DNA from: Scenedesmus sp. PABB004
Taxonomy: Eukaryota
DNA length: 64,000 nt
Direction: 5' to 3'
Assembly: GCA_014905635.1 (NCBI GenBank)
Contig: CM026547.1
Location: 1,178,001 to 1,242,000, forward strand
Shown here in pieces: positions 22,892 to 35,115 of the stretch. A model generated the notes under the pieces. It had not been told where the DNA came from. It worked only from the letters and a program-made list of their open reading frames with translations, and made no database searches. How positions within the stretch are numbered: the stretch's first letter is position 1; each line of letters opens with the position of its first letter. Made by a program: the position numbers and the translations under genes.

Positions 22892-23545
22892 ATGCCGCAG
22901 AAGCCGCTCAAGGTGGGGAAGAAGATTGCGAAAGCGCCCGCCGCCAACCGGCATGGCAAGACGCCCAAGATGAAGAAGGGTGAGCGCTCGCGACACGCGC
23001 ACGACGCGTGGGCGGCGACGCGGCGGCTGCGGGCGCCGGCGCGGCGCGGCGCGGGGCGCCGCTGCTCACGGCGGCCGCCCGCCGCTGCCGCCTCGCGTGC
23101 GCAGGCAAGTTCGACCTCAAGCCCAAGAAGGCCGCCCTCGTGGCCAAGTGGAAGGACGAGAAGGTCCGGGGCCAGCGGCGGGCCGGTGGCGGGCCAGCGG
23201 CGGCCCGAGCGCTTGCGCGAGCAGCAGCCCGCGCCCGCGCGCCGCCCCACCGCGCGGCGGCGCCGCCCGGCACATGCCCGCGCAGGACCTGACCAAGATG
23301 ATCAACGCCAACAACGAGTCCAACGCCGCAGCCAAGGCGCAGCAGTCGGGCGGGCACCTCACGGTGGTGCGCGACGCGCGCCCAGCGGCGCGCTGGCCGG
23401 GCAGCAGCCGGGGCGCAACGAGCTCAGGCGCGCGCCGCCGCCGCCGCCGGTGCCGCGGCCGCAGGTCAAGGCCGCGCCCGTGCTGGCGCCGGCGGACGCC
23501 AAGCAGAAGGCCAAGGCCGCCAAGGCGGGCGCGGCGCCGAGCTGA
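22892..23545 (+). CDS. Small basic protein, Leydig cell tumor 10 kDa (C19orf53)/UPF0390-like; exons 22892-22979, 23105-23163, 23286-23366, 23465-23545
   Basis: MPQKPLKVGKK...KKGKFDLKPKKAALV...KDLTKMINANNESNAAAKA...GGHLTVVKA; clean GT-AG introns. Confidence 0.8.
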   Translation: MPQKPLKVGKKIAKAPAANRHGKTPKMKKGERSRHAHDAWAATRRLRAPARRGAGRRCSRRPPAAAASRAQASSTSSPRRPPSWPSGRTRRSGASGGPVAGQRRPERLREQQPAPARRPTARRRRPAHARAGPDQDDQRQQRVQRRSQGAAVGRAPHGGARRAPSGALAGQQPGRNELRRAPPPPPVPRPQVKAAPVLAPADAKQKAKAAKAGAAPS

Positions 23546-24228
23546 CCGCCGGCGGCGGGCCGAGAGCAGCAGCAGCAGCTGGTTTGGCGGCGCCCACTGC
23601 GCCCGCCCCCATGGGCCGCGCCGAAGGCGCGCGACCCGGGGCGCGCGTCGCGCGCAGCGCGCGACAGCGCCGGCGGCGGAGCTCGCCGCCGCAGGCTTGC
23701 GGCGCCCGCGCGCCGCGTTGTGGGGCGCCGAGTGGCGGCGTCGATGGCGACCGCGCAGGGCAACGGCCGCGCCGCGCGTGGGGTGATTTTCCTGCGAGGC
23801 AGCTGGCCGGTCAGCCCAGCGACGCGCGCCTCCCCGCGCTCTGGCGCCGCGCCCAGAGCCCCTCCCAAGCTCCGCCCAGGCTCTTCGAACGCAGCGCCGC
23901 GCCAGCAGACCGGCGGGCCGCGCCCAGGCTCGCCCGCGCTCGCCCGCGCTCTTTTCAGCTCGCCCGCCGCGCCGCGGGTGCGGGGCTGGCGCTAAACCTG
24001 AGCGGCTGCGCCGTACCAGGCACGTGAAGGCAGGCGAGGCGCGTGGGGGCGGCCGGGCGGGCAGCGGGCCGCGGCAGCAGCGAGCGCCGCGGCAGCAGCG
24101 CCCCCGTGCCGGCAGCGCCGCTAGGCACGCGGCGCTGCGGTCCGTTCGGCTATAATGGATCTTTCCATGCTAGTCCCCGCCCGCCACGCAGCCGAAGGGC
24201 TTCACGGAGCGGCGCGAGCGCCGGCAGC

Positions 24229-25498
24229 ATGAGCTCCTCGCCGGGCGGCGGCGACGGCCGCAGCAGGGGCGGCGGCGGCCGCGCGCCGCGCCCCGCGGAT
24301 GGAGGTGGCACCGGGCTGACGGCGGCCGCGCCGGCGCAGCCGTCCGGCGCGCAGCTGCCGGCGGTCAGCGCGGCGGCGCTCGCCGCGGCCGCGGCGGCGG
24401 CGCTGCTGCAGTCGGCCCAGCTGGGCAGCGGGGGGCACGCCACCGGCGACGGCGAGGCCACCGACGGCGAGGCTGACGACGGCGAGGCAGAGGCGGCGCA
24501 GCCGGAGCTGTTCGTGGTGACCAGGGCGCGCGCCAACGGGGCGGTGCCGCTGGAGCCGCAGGGCGAGGACAAGCGGTGCGCGGTGCGCGCGGGGCGCTGC
24601 GCGGCGCGGCCGCAGGCGGGGCGCGAGCGTTTCCCACGTGGGTGTACACACGTCCGCGCCGCGCCGCCGCGCCCGCCCGCCAGCGACCGCGCCGCCGTCG
24701 CACGGCGCGCCATGGTGGCGGTGGGCAAGAAGCCGACCTCCAGGTTCCGCGGCGTCACGCACCACGTCCGCACCGGGCGCTACGAGGGACACTTCTGGCT
24801 GGAGGGCAAGCAGGCGCGTAGAGAACGCGCGCACGCGCGGCGCGCCCCCTGCCGCCGGCGCTGAGCTTGACCAGGGGCTGCTCGCGCGCGCGCCGCCCGC
24901 CAGGTGTACCTGGGCGGCTTTGACAGCGAGGCCGAGGCGGCGATGGCCTACGACCTGGCGGGTGCGCTCGCGCGTGGGCGGGCCGCGGTCGCCGGGCGCG
25001 CGGCGCGCGCGCCGGCCGCGGCGCCGCGGCTCACACGCCCGCCGCGCCGCGCAGCCGTCAAGTTCCGCGGCACCGCCGCGAAGACCAACTTCAGGTGCTG
25101 CGCCAGCACCTGCGCCCGCGGCGGCGCACAGCACGAGCGCACCCCGGCGGGCCTGCCCCCCGGCCGGCGCCGAGGCGGCCGCGCGCCCGACCCTGCTGCG
25201 CGCACACTGCCGCGCCCGCGCCCGCTGCCGCAGCATCACCAACTACGAGGCCGAGCTGGACGTGCGCGACCAGGTGGGCGCACGGCGCCGTGCCTGCAGC
25301 GCCGCCGTGCTGCGCCCCCGCGCGGCGCCGCCGGCTCACGGCCGCGCCGCGCCGTGCGCCGTGCCGCGGCAGGTCGACGGCGACGAGCTCATCGCGGCGC
25401 TGCGCCGCGGCAGCCGGGGCCGTTCACCGCGAGCTCGCAGTACCGCGGCGTGACGCGGCACGCCAAGGGCCGCTGGGAGGCGCGCATCGGCGGCCCGC

Positions 25499-25535
<37 letters not shown>

Positions 25536-28014
25536 GGCGGGCGGCGGCGCGCCGCCCGCCCGGCGCAGAAAGTACACCTACCTCGGGCTCTTTGACACCG
25601 AGGTCGAGGCGGCGCAGGCGTACGACCGGTGCGCTGCAGCGCCGGCTGGCGTGCTGCGCGCAGCGGCGGCCGGACCGCCGCCGAGGCCGCGTGGGCGCCC
25701 GCCGAGGCCGCGTGGGCGCGCGCGCACGCACAGGGCGGCGGTGCAGCTCAAGGGCCTGGCGGCGATCACCAACTTTGACCTGTCGGCGTACGCGGACGAG
25801 CTCGGCGCGGGTGCGGGGCCCGCGGCGCGGCCGGGAGCTGCGTGGCCGCGAGCCCGCGGCCCGGCCCGCACGCGGGCACGCTGGCGGGGCCGCCGCGGCG
25901 CGCGGCCGAGCCGCCGCCGCCGCGCCCGCCGCCGCCGCTGCCGCAGACGCGCTGGCGCGGGCCGCCGCCGCGCGCGAGGCGGCGCACGAGGGCGTCGAGG
26001 CCGAGCCGGTGCTCAACCGCTTTGGGCGCGCGACACGCAAGACCGCCGCCGCCGCGCCGGCGGCGTGGGCGGAGGGCGGCTCGCCCACCAGCAGCGGCGG
26101 CACGGGCGAGGCGCCGGGCGAGGCGCCGGGCGCGGCCGGCGCGCCCAGCAAGGCACGCAGCGGCGGCCGGCGCAGCGGCGCGTCGGGCAGCCGGCGCAGC
26201 AGCGCGTCGGGCGGCAGGCGCCCCAGCGGCTCCTCGGGCAGGCGCGGTGGCGGCACTGCCGCCGCCGCCGCCGCCGCCGCCGCGGCCGCGGGCCCGGGCG
26301 CCGCCGGCAGCCTGGCTGCGCTGGCACCGGCGCATCTCATGGTGGCGGCCGCGTTTGGCGGCCGCGGCGCGGCGGCGGCGGCGGCCAGCGCGGCGGAGCT
26401 GGAGCTGCTGGCCGAGCAGCGGGCCTTCCAGGCGCAGCTGCTGGAGGCGGAGCAGCAGATGCAGCAGTGGCGGCTGCGGCAGGCGCAGCTCGCGCAGCAG
26501 ATCCAGCAACACTCGGAGCACCAGTCCCTGCTGCAGCAGCTGCAGGCCCAGGCGCTGGGCGCGCGCGCCGCCGCGGCGGGCGGCCCCGGCCTCGGCCGCG
26601 CGGCCAGCCTGCACGCGCACGGCCCGCCCGCCGCGCCGGCGGGGGGCGCCGGCCGCGCCAGCCTCGGCGGCCGCGCCAGCCTCGGCGGCCCGCCGGCCGC
26701 GGCGGCGCGCCGGGCAGCCCCGTGCTGCCGGGCCTGCCGCCGCTGCGCCGCGTGCACACGGCGCCGCCGGTGCCGACCGCGCTGCTCGGCGAGCTGGAGG
26801 GCGCGGGGCTGCTCGGCGGGCGGGGCTTTGACTTTGCGCTCCCCTGCGACGACCCGCTGGACGACGGCGGGCTGCTCACCGGCCTCGCCGTCCCCGAGGC
26901 GGTGACGCCGCGCCTCGCAGGGTTTGCGCCGCCGCCGGGCCGCACGATCACGACCGCGCTCGGCGGCGGCGGCGGCGGCAGCGGCGCGCCGGGCGGCGGC
27001 GGCCCGCTGTCGCCGCAGCTGCTGTGCACGAGCGGCCCCGCCGGGCCCAAGTTTGTGCTGGCCGCGCCGGCCGGCGGCGGCGCCGTGGGTGCCGGGGCCG
27101 GCGCGGCGGCGCAGCTGCAGCAGCTGCTGGTGGACTGCTGGGGCGGCTACGCCGCTTCCCCCTCCGACTCTGACGTCCACTCGAGCGACGACGAGGGCAG
27201 CCTGCTCCAGGCCAGCCTGGGCGGCGGTGCCCCGGGCAGCACCCCGGGCAGCGCCACGCCCGGCGCCGCGGCCGTCGTCGCCACCGCCGGGCTGCAGTGG
27301 TGCACGGGCGGCCCGCTGCAGCTGGGCGACGCCGGCGGCAGGCGCGGCGCGATGGAGTGGGAGGCTGGCGCCGCGCCTCGGCTGGGGCTGGGGCTGGGCG
27401 CCGGGGGCGGCTTTGACGCGCCCGCCGCGCCCGCGGCGCCGCGCCCGATGATCCCCGCGCCGGCGCTCAACCCCGGTGGCGCGCCGCCCGGCGCCGCGCC
27501 CGCCGCGGCCGCGCCGACCGCGGTGGCGCAGCCGTCGGCGGCGTGGCAGCAGCTCGGCAGCCTGCTCACTGGCGGCGCGGCACCGCCGCGGCCGGCGGCA
27601 CTGGAGTTTGCCTTTGCCCCGCGCGACGGCGCCTCACCGGCCGCGGCGCTGCCGCCGGTGCAGCAGCCGCAGCCGCCGGCCGCGGCGCTGCGCCCCATCA
27701 GGACCGGCGCCGCGGCCGGGGGCGGCGCGCGCGACGGCGCGGGCCTGCGCACGGCGAGCGCCGCCGCCAACGACCTGCTCGCGGCGGCCGCCGCCGCGGG
27801 CGCCGGCCGCGCGGTGACGACCGTCGGCGGCGGCGTGGTGCGGCTGGGCAGCCACGAGGCCAACAACAACGCGCAGGCGGCGGCGGCCGGCGGCGGCGAG
27901 CACTGCGAGGGCGCCGGCGGCGAGGGCGGCGGCGACGAGCGTGGCATCAGGCAGCTCCCGCCCGACGCGGCGCTGCCGCCCAAGAAGCGCCGGTGCGTGA
28001 CGGCGACGCCGTGA
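24229..28014 (+). CDS. Double-AP2-domain transcription factor (AP2/ANT/WRI1-like); apparent frameshifts near 25420 and 26700
   Basis: TSRFRGVTHHVRTGRYEGHFW...KQ|VYLGGFDSEAEAAMAYDLAAVKFRG..AKTNF; linker LIAALRR; SSQYRGVTRHAKGRWEARIG...[42 protein letters not shown] nuclear-localisation-like tail. Confidence 0.9.
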
Positions 28015-28456
28015 CAGCTGCCGGCGTCTAGCGCGGTGGTCCAGAGTTGTTGCGCGCACGCGCGTGGCGCGGGCAGAATAAGCCCCGCGCGGCTGGCTGG
28101 GTGAAGTCACAGTTGCGTGATCAGCAGGCGTGTGCAGGAGGCTCGCAGGAAACACGCAGAGTTGCCTGGCTGGCTGCCAGCGCGCCGCCGCGCCGCGAGC
28201 CAGCCGCCGCTGCGGCCGCCAGCACGACGCCTGGGGCGCTGCACACTTTCACGAGCGCTGCCGCAGCTCCGCGTGACTCCCCGCGCGCTCGGGAGGCCGA
28301 TTGTGAGCGGTTGACGCGGCGGCGGTTTGGGGCGCCGTCGCGCCGCGTCAACCGCGGCGCCCCAGCCGCCCTGCGCGCCTGCTCGCCCCGCACGCCTCGC
28401 CCCGGCACATTCGCGACGGCCTGCGCCGTCGACGACGCCGCAGGGGCCCCGCCGGC

Positions 28457-29535
28457 ATGAGCAGCAGCAGCGCGCGCGCACTCGCTGCCGCACCGCCGCC
28501 GCCAAGCCGCGCCGCGCGCCGCCGTGCCTGCCCCAGCCAGAGCTCCCAGCTCGCATCTCGCTCCCGGGTCGCCGCCTGGCTGGGCGTGCGGCCGCCGTCG
28601 CCGCCGCCCACGCAGCCAGCGCAGCAGCAGGACCCCGCCGCGGGGGCGCCGCCGCCGCCTGCTCCGGCGCAGCCGCCAGCTCTGGCGCGGCAGCGCGCGC
28701 CCGGCGCCTGGGCTGGCATGGACGTCAAGGAGCTCTCCGCGACGGCGGAGCTCATCGCGGCGTTTGAGGCCGACGAGGCGGCGGCGCACGTCGAGGAGCC
28801 GCCGAGCAGCCTCGCGCGCGAGCCCTGGGTCGCGCAGCTGCTGGCCGCGCCCGACGCGAAGCTCGTGTTCAGCGCGCACGGCGACGGGCACGCGATGCAC
28901 CTCAGCACGGGGCTCTCCGGCGACCACCTGTTCCTGGCGCTGCTGCAGTCGGACCTCATCCGAGACATGGTGGTCATCTTCACGCCCTGCGCCGCCGCGG
29001 CCGCGGCCGAGGGCACCGCCGCCGCGCCCGGGCCCCGCCTGGACACCGCGCTCGCGCTCGGCGAGCCCGTTTGCGGGCACCCGACCATTGTGCACGGCGG
29101 CCTCATCTCGGCGTGCTTCGACGAGACGGTGCGCCGGCGGCGCCGCGACCGCCGGGCGCGCTGCTCCGCGTCGCCGGCGCCGCTGGCGCGACGCGCCGCG
29201 GCCGCCGCGCCGCGCGGCGCCGCGCGCAGTTTGGCGTGCTGCTCTACGCGGCGGGGCGCTGGGGCCACCTCGAGCTGGAGCACGGCGTTTTTACCGCGCG
29301 GCTCGAGGTCGACTACAAGGCGCCGCTGCCGGCAGCATCTACGATCGTGTGCTCCGCCGAGCTCGAGAGCGTGGAGGGTCGCAAGATCTGGGTGGCCGCA
29401 CGGATCACAGACGCGTCGCGGCAGACCGTGTACGCCGCGAGCCGGGCGCTGTTCATCAAGCCCCGCACGCAGATCCCCAGCCTCGCGCCGCCGCCGCCCG
29501 CGGTGCGGTGCTGCGCCCGCGGTGCTGCGCCATGA
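28457..29535 (+). CDS. Hot-dog fold acyl-CoA thioesterase (PaaI/THEM4-like); intron 29129-29229; possible organellar presequence
   Basis: CGHPTIVHGGLISACFDET|FG, FTARLEVDYKAPLP, VEGRKIWV, ALFIKPR. Confidence 0.88.
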
Positions 29536-29726
29536 GCGCGCGCGCACCGCGCGCACCCGCGCCTGTGCGCCCTGCAGCACTTGACGGCGGCAGCGCACCT
29601 GCATTGGGCGGCGCAGCAGCGGCGGCGGCAGCGGAGTTGCGGGGCACGCTGGCAAGCTGGTAACGAGCACCAGAGCGGGCTCCACGAATGGCGCGCGCGA
29701 GAGAGCGACGTTACTCCAGCCGCGCC

Positions 29727-30855
29727 TCACGCCCGTCGCGCCCGCAGCGTGCGCTGCGGCGGCGTGCGCGCAGGCGACACTGCCGGCACCGCCTCCGCGC
29801 CCGCCGCCTTGCGCTTCCGGCCGGCGCCCGCGCGGCCGCGCGGGGGGCTGGCCTGCTGCGGCGCCTGCTGCTGCGCGCCGCGCGCCGTGGCTCGCGCCCT
29901 CGGCTGCCGCGTGGCCGGGGCGGCAGCCGCCGGCGCTGCGGGCGCAGCGGCCGGCCGGCGCCGCGACCTGGGCGCGGGCGCCGGCTCGGGAGCTGGCTCC
30001 TCGCTCTCCTCCCCCTCGCCCTCGTCGCCCTCGTCGCCCTCGCCCTCCTCGCTGGCGCTGCCGCTGCCGCCCGCTGCTTGCGGCCTGTCCTCCTCGCCGT
30101 CGCCGCTGCTGCTGCTGCCGGGCTCGCTGCCGCCTGCAGCGCCCTCGTCGCTGCCATCGCCGCTGCTGTCGTCGTCGCTGCCGCTGGCGCCCGCGTCCGC
30201 ATCGCCGTCGGCGGCCGGCTCGTCGCCGTCGCTGCCCCAGCCGTTGCTGGCGCCGCCGCCCCAGCCTGGCAGCTCGGCGCTGCCATCCAGCTCCGCGTCT
30301 TTGCCGCTGCTGCTGCCGTCGCCGCTGCCGTCGTCGCCGCTGCCGTCCTGCTCTGCTGCGTCATCATCGTCGTCGTCCTGCTGCATGCTGCTGCCGCCGC
30401 TGCCGCTGCCGCCGTCCTCGCCGCCGGCGCTGCCCGACGCCCAGTCGTCGTCCAGGTCGTCGCCGCCGGCATGGCCGTTTATCTTCAGCAGCCCCGACAG
30501 CTGCTGCTGCTGCCGCTGCTGCTGCTGCTGCTGCTGCTGCGGCGAGCCGGGCGCGCCGTCCGCCTCCGCGTCGCTGCCGCCCCCGCCGGCCTGCGGCTCG
30601 CCGCCGCCCGCCGCGTCGGCGGGCAGCAGCACCTGGCTCGCGGCGAGCGTGTAGTCGAGCAGAAAGGTGCTGCGCAGCAGGCGGTCCAGGCGGCTCGCGT
30701 GGCGCAGGCTGTACGCGAGCAGGCCGTCCAGCAGCTCGCGCGCGCCCGGGACCGCCAGGATCGCCTCAGGGCCGTGGCTCCGCAGCACCGCCTGCAGCAG
30801 CACCTGCGCCAGGTGCGCGTTGCGGCTGGTGGTGTTCCACTCCCTGCGAGGCGGC

Positions 30856-30886
<31 letters not shown>

Positions 30887-33800
30887 GCGGCGGCGGCGGC
30901 GTCGGCGGCTCGTCAGCAGCAGCGCGCCCACGCGCGCCTCCCGCTTCCACCTCCCCCGCACGCGCCGTTGCCGCACCTGCAGTAGCTGAGCGCCGTGGCC
31001 AGCTCCGCCGGCGAGAGGCGCCCCACGAGGCCCTGCAGCGCGCCGAGCGCCGCGGTCGGCCCGCCCGGCTGGCGCCGCAGCACCTCGAGCAGCTTGCCAG
31101 GGTGCTGCAGCTTGAACGCCAGCCGCGCGGCGGACGCGTAGTCGCCGTCCTGCGTGGCAGCGGGGCCGCGCGGCCGGGCGGGTGAGCGGGGGCGCAGCGA
31201 GCGGCGCGCCCGTGGCGTGCGCGCGCTCGCGCGGGCCGACCGGCGCCGCTGCCGCCGCCCGCCGCTCACCGCCAGCGCGTTGGACAGCTCCTGCTGCTGC
31301 AGCACCAGCCCCTCCTCCGCCGCCTCCGCCTCTGCCGCCTTGGCGGCGGTGGCGTCGCGCCAGACCACCACGCGCGCGTCGCCGCCGCCGGTCGCCACCA
31401 GCGCCTCGGCGGGGCCCGACGAGGCTGGGCGCGCGGTCCGCGAGGCGCGGAGCGCCGCGGGTGAGCACGCCAGGCACCACGCAGCAATGAGGTGCGGGAC
31501 ATGCCCCGCGCGGCGCACCTGTCAGGCCCCACACGCGGTCGTCGTGCCCCTCAAACGTGGCCGTGTTGACGCCCGTGCGCGCGTCCCACAGCTTCAGCAG
31601 CCCGTCGGCGCCTGGCGCGGGGCGCGGGGTGTTGGCGGCGTGGGCGCGCGGCACCGCGCGCCGCGCCGCGCCGCGGCGGCGTCCCCCTCCGCACCTGCTG
31701 ACAGGACCTGCGTGCCGGCGGTGGCGAACATGCAGCGCAGCACGCCCGCTGTGTGGCCCTCAAACGTGCGCAGGCACGTCCCCTCGCCCACGCTCCACAT
31801 CTTGACCAGGCGGTCGCCCGACGCCGAGAGTAGCACCTGGTCAACGGGGCTGAACGCGACGCTCCACACCGCGCGCTTGTGCCCGCGCAGCGTCGCGGCG
31901 AGCACCAGGTGGGGCAGGCGCCAGAGCTTGATGACCTTGTCCTGCCCCCCGCTCGCGAGCAGGGCGTCGTTGGGGCTGAACGCGAGCGCCGCGACCTCCT
32001 TGTCGTGCCCCGCGACCGCCGCGAGCGCGGAGAGCGGCGCCGCGGCGCCGGGCGCGCCTGCGCGGGCGCGCGGCGCGCGCGGCGCGCGGCGCGGGCGTGG
32101 GCGCGGCGGGCGGGCGGCCGCGCGCGGGCCGCCGGGGGCCGCCGCCCTGCAGCCCGCCCCGTGGCGCACGCGCGCACCTGCGCCGTCCGCGTCCACGTCC
32201 GCCGTGACGAGCTTGGAGGTGTCCCACACCTTGAGCAGCTTGTCCGCGCCGCCCGTGGCCAGCAGGCGGCCGCCCTTGGCCTTGGACTTGGACCACGCGA
32301 CCGCGGTGATCGCGCCGACGTGCCCCGCCGCGGCCGCGAGGCACGCGCCGCTCGCCGCGTCCCACACGCGCGCCTCGCAGTCCTTGCCGCCCGACGCGAG
32401 CAGCTCGCGCCCGCCCGCGGGGCGCACGGCGTCGAGGCAGAGCACAATGTCGGTGTGCCCCGCGCACGCGCCGACGCAGCTCGCGGTCGCCACGTCAAAC
32501 AGGCGTATGTCGTGGCTGTTCGTCGCGACCGCGAGGCGCCGCGGCTCGTCGGCCGCCAGCGCCAGCCCGTCGCCGCCGCCGGCCGGCGCGGCGCCCGCGT
32601 CGCCGGCGCCGGCGGCGGCGTCGCCGTCGTCGTCGCCGCCGCCGCTGCTGCTGCTGCCGGTGTTGTAGAGGAACGCCAGGTCAGTGATCTCATCCTGGTT
32701 GCCGATCAGCTGCCGCGTGAGGCGCAGCGCGCCGCCGCCGCCGCCGCCGTCGGCGCCCGCCTGCGGCGCGCGCGGCGTCGTCGGCGGCGGTGGGCGCGGC
32801 GGAGTGGCGGCGCTCCCATGCACGCGCGCGCGGGGCGGCGGTCCCGGCCCCGAGCGCCTGCCCTTTGGGGCTGAGCTGAGCTCACCGCGTCGCCGTCGGG
32901 GTGGTAGAACAGCAGCCGCGCGTCGCCCGTCGCCGCGAGGAGGCCCCGGCCGCCGGGCAGCAGCAGCAGCTCCACAAACTCGCTGCCCGGCGCGGCGGCG
33001 GCGCCGTCGTCCGCGCCCGCGGCGGCCGCCGCCCGCTTGCCGGCCTTGCCGCCCTTCTTGGCGGCGCCGCCGGCCGCGAGCAGGCTGCTGCTGCTGCCGG
33101 CGTGCGTGTAGGTGCAGCGCCCCGTGTCGGAGCGCCAGACGCGCAGCACGCCGCGCTCGCCGGCGGTGGCAAAGAAGAGCGGCGCCTTCCCGCCCGCCGC
33201 GGTCGCGGCGGCGGGCGCCACGCCGGGAAAGGCCGACCCCAGCGGCAGCACCGCCAGCCCTGCGCCGGCGGGCGCGCGGGCGGCCGCGCGGGCGGTGAGG
33301 CGCGCGCGCGCGCCCAGCGGCGCCAGCGCCGGCGCATCGCGCGGCGGTGTGCTGTGCCGCCCCGCGGCGCGCGCCGCGGCCGGTGGCGCCGGCCGCAGCG
33401 GTCCGTGCGCGCAGCGGCGGAGTGCTGCTGTGGGCCGGCCGTGAAAGTGAGCACGCGCGTGTAGCAGACGTGACACTGCAGAGCCGGCCCGCTGCGACGC
33501 CTGTGCGGTGGCGCCGCCCGCGCCGCCCCGCGCAGCGCCCCGCGCTGCCCAGTGCCGCTGCCCCGCGCTGCCCAGTGCCGCGCCCCGCGCTGCGCCGCCG
33601 CGCCTCACCCTCGAGTGACTCATACACGGGTATGGTCGCCACGCGCGCGCCGCTGCGCACGTCCCACACGCAGACCACGCGGTCGCGCCCGCCGCTGAGC
33701 AGGTGCCAGCCGTCGGGGCTGAGCGCGAGCGCCGGCACCGCGCTCATGTGGCCGCCGCTGAGCGCAAACGCGCACGACTTGGTCACCAGGTCCCACACGC

Positions 33801-34372
33801 GCACCTCGCCGTCGTCGGCGGCGCTGAACAGCAGCAGCTGCTTGGGGTGGAACAGCACGCGCAGCACGATGCCGCTGCGTGGGGGTGGCGGCGGCGCGGG
33901 GTCGGCGGCAGGCCGCGGGCGGGCGCGCGCGGCCGCGGCAGCCGCCGGTCGCCTGCGCGCGGCGGGCGCATGCCGTCCGCTCCGCGCGCACCCGTGGCCG
34001 GTGAAGTGGTGCGTCACGTAGCCGCCCGCCAGGTCGGTGACCTTGATGGACCGGTCGGCGCTGCCGCTCGCGACGTACCCGCCCGAAGCGTCAACCGCGA
34101 GGTCGGCCACGGGCGCGCGGTGCGGCTGCGGCGCGCGGCGCACGGCGCGCGCGGGGCCGTGTCGGTGTGGGGTGTCGAGCGGCGCGCGGCAGGGCCGCGG
34201 CGCGCGGGCGGCGCAACGCGGTGCGGCCCGCGCGACGGCGGCCGCACCTTCCACGTCCGCTTGCACTCGCCGCTCGCCCAGTCCCAAAGCCGCACCGACA
34301 GGCTGCGGCTCGCCGCCACCAGGCTCTTGCAGTCGGGGCTGATCGCGACGGCAGTGATGGGCTCAGAGTCCT

Positions 34373-34404
<32 letters not shown>

Positions 34405-34833
34405 AGCGGCCACGCGTCGGCGGCAGCGGCGCCGGCCGCCGCCGCCGTGCTCGTCGCAGCAGCTGCCCTCCGGCACCGCGCTCACCCCGGGCAGCGTCTT
34501 GGCCACCGTGCCGGTGGCCACGTCCACCACCTGCGCGCGGGCGCAGCCGGGCGGCGGTCGGCGGGGCAGCAGTGGCGGCTGCGGGCGGCGCCGCGCGCCG
34601 CGGGCGCCGCCGGCACCCGCCGCCCCGCGCCGGGCGGGTGGTGCTGCCGTCCGCCGCCCGCCGCGCCCCGCGCCGCCCTGCTGCGGCGCCCCTGGCGGGC
34701 GCACCTTGACCTCGTCGCCGCACGCGCAGGCCAGGTGCCGCTGGTCGCGCGCGACGCGCACCGCGCCGCCCGTGAAGAAGGCCTCCAGCCGGCTCACGGG
34801 CTCGTAGACGGCCTTGGCCGCCAGACCCGCCAT
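29727..34833 (-). CDS. UTP13: U3 snoRNA-associated WD40 protein UTP13/TBL3, about 13 exons
   Basis: N-terminus VYEPVSRLEAFFTGG; WD repeats (GHTDIVLCLD, GHKRAVWSVAFSPVDQVLLSASGD, LRTFEGHTAGVLR); LIGNQDEITDL; Utp13 C-terminal domain QQELSNAL...EWNTTSRNAHLAQ. Confidence 0.93.
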
Positions 34834-35115
34834 GGCGGCGAGGGCCGCCCAGCAGCGGCGCGCGGGCACGCAGCGGGGACGCCACGCGTCGCGGTGAGCG
34901 GCTGGCGTGGCCGGACAGCTTTTGGAGGCGGTCGCGGGGTGCTGTGCCTCTTTCTGGCGCTGGCAGCGCGGCGGGCGCCTGTCGCGAGGTCCAAACTCAG
35001 CGGCCCGGCACCCGCGCGCCGCGCCCTGCATCCCCCCACTGTTCGCCCGCATCGATCAACGCCTGAAGCGTGCCAGCCCGTCCTCAGCGCGCTGCGTCGC
35101 GCGGCAGGAGCCAAA

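Noticed and set aside
29581..30989. Plus-strand Ser/Pro/Leu-rich ORFs
   Set aside because: They are the antisense of the acidic low-complexity C-terminus of UTP13
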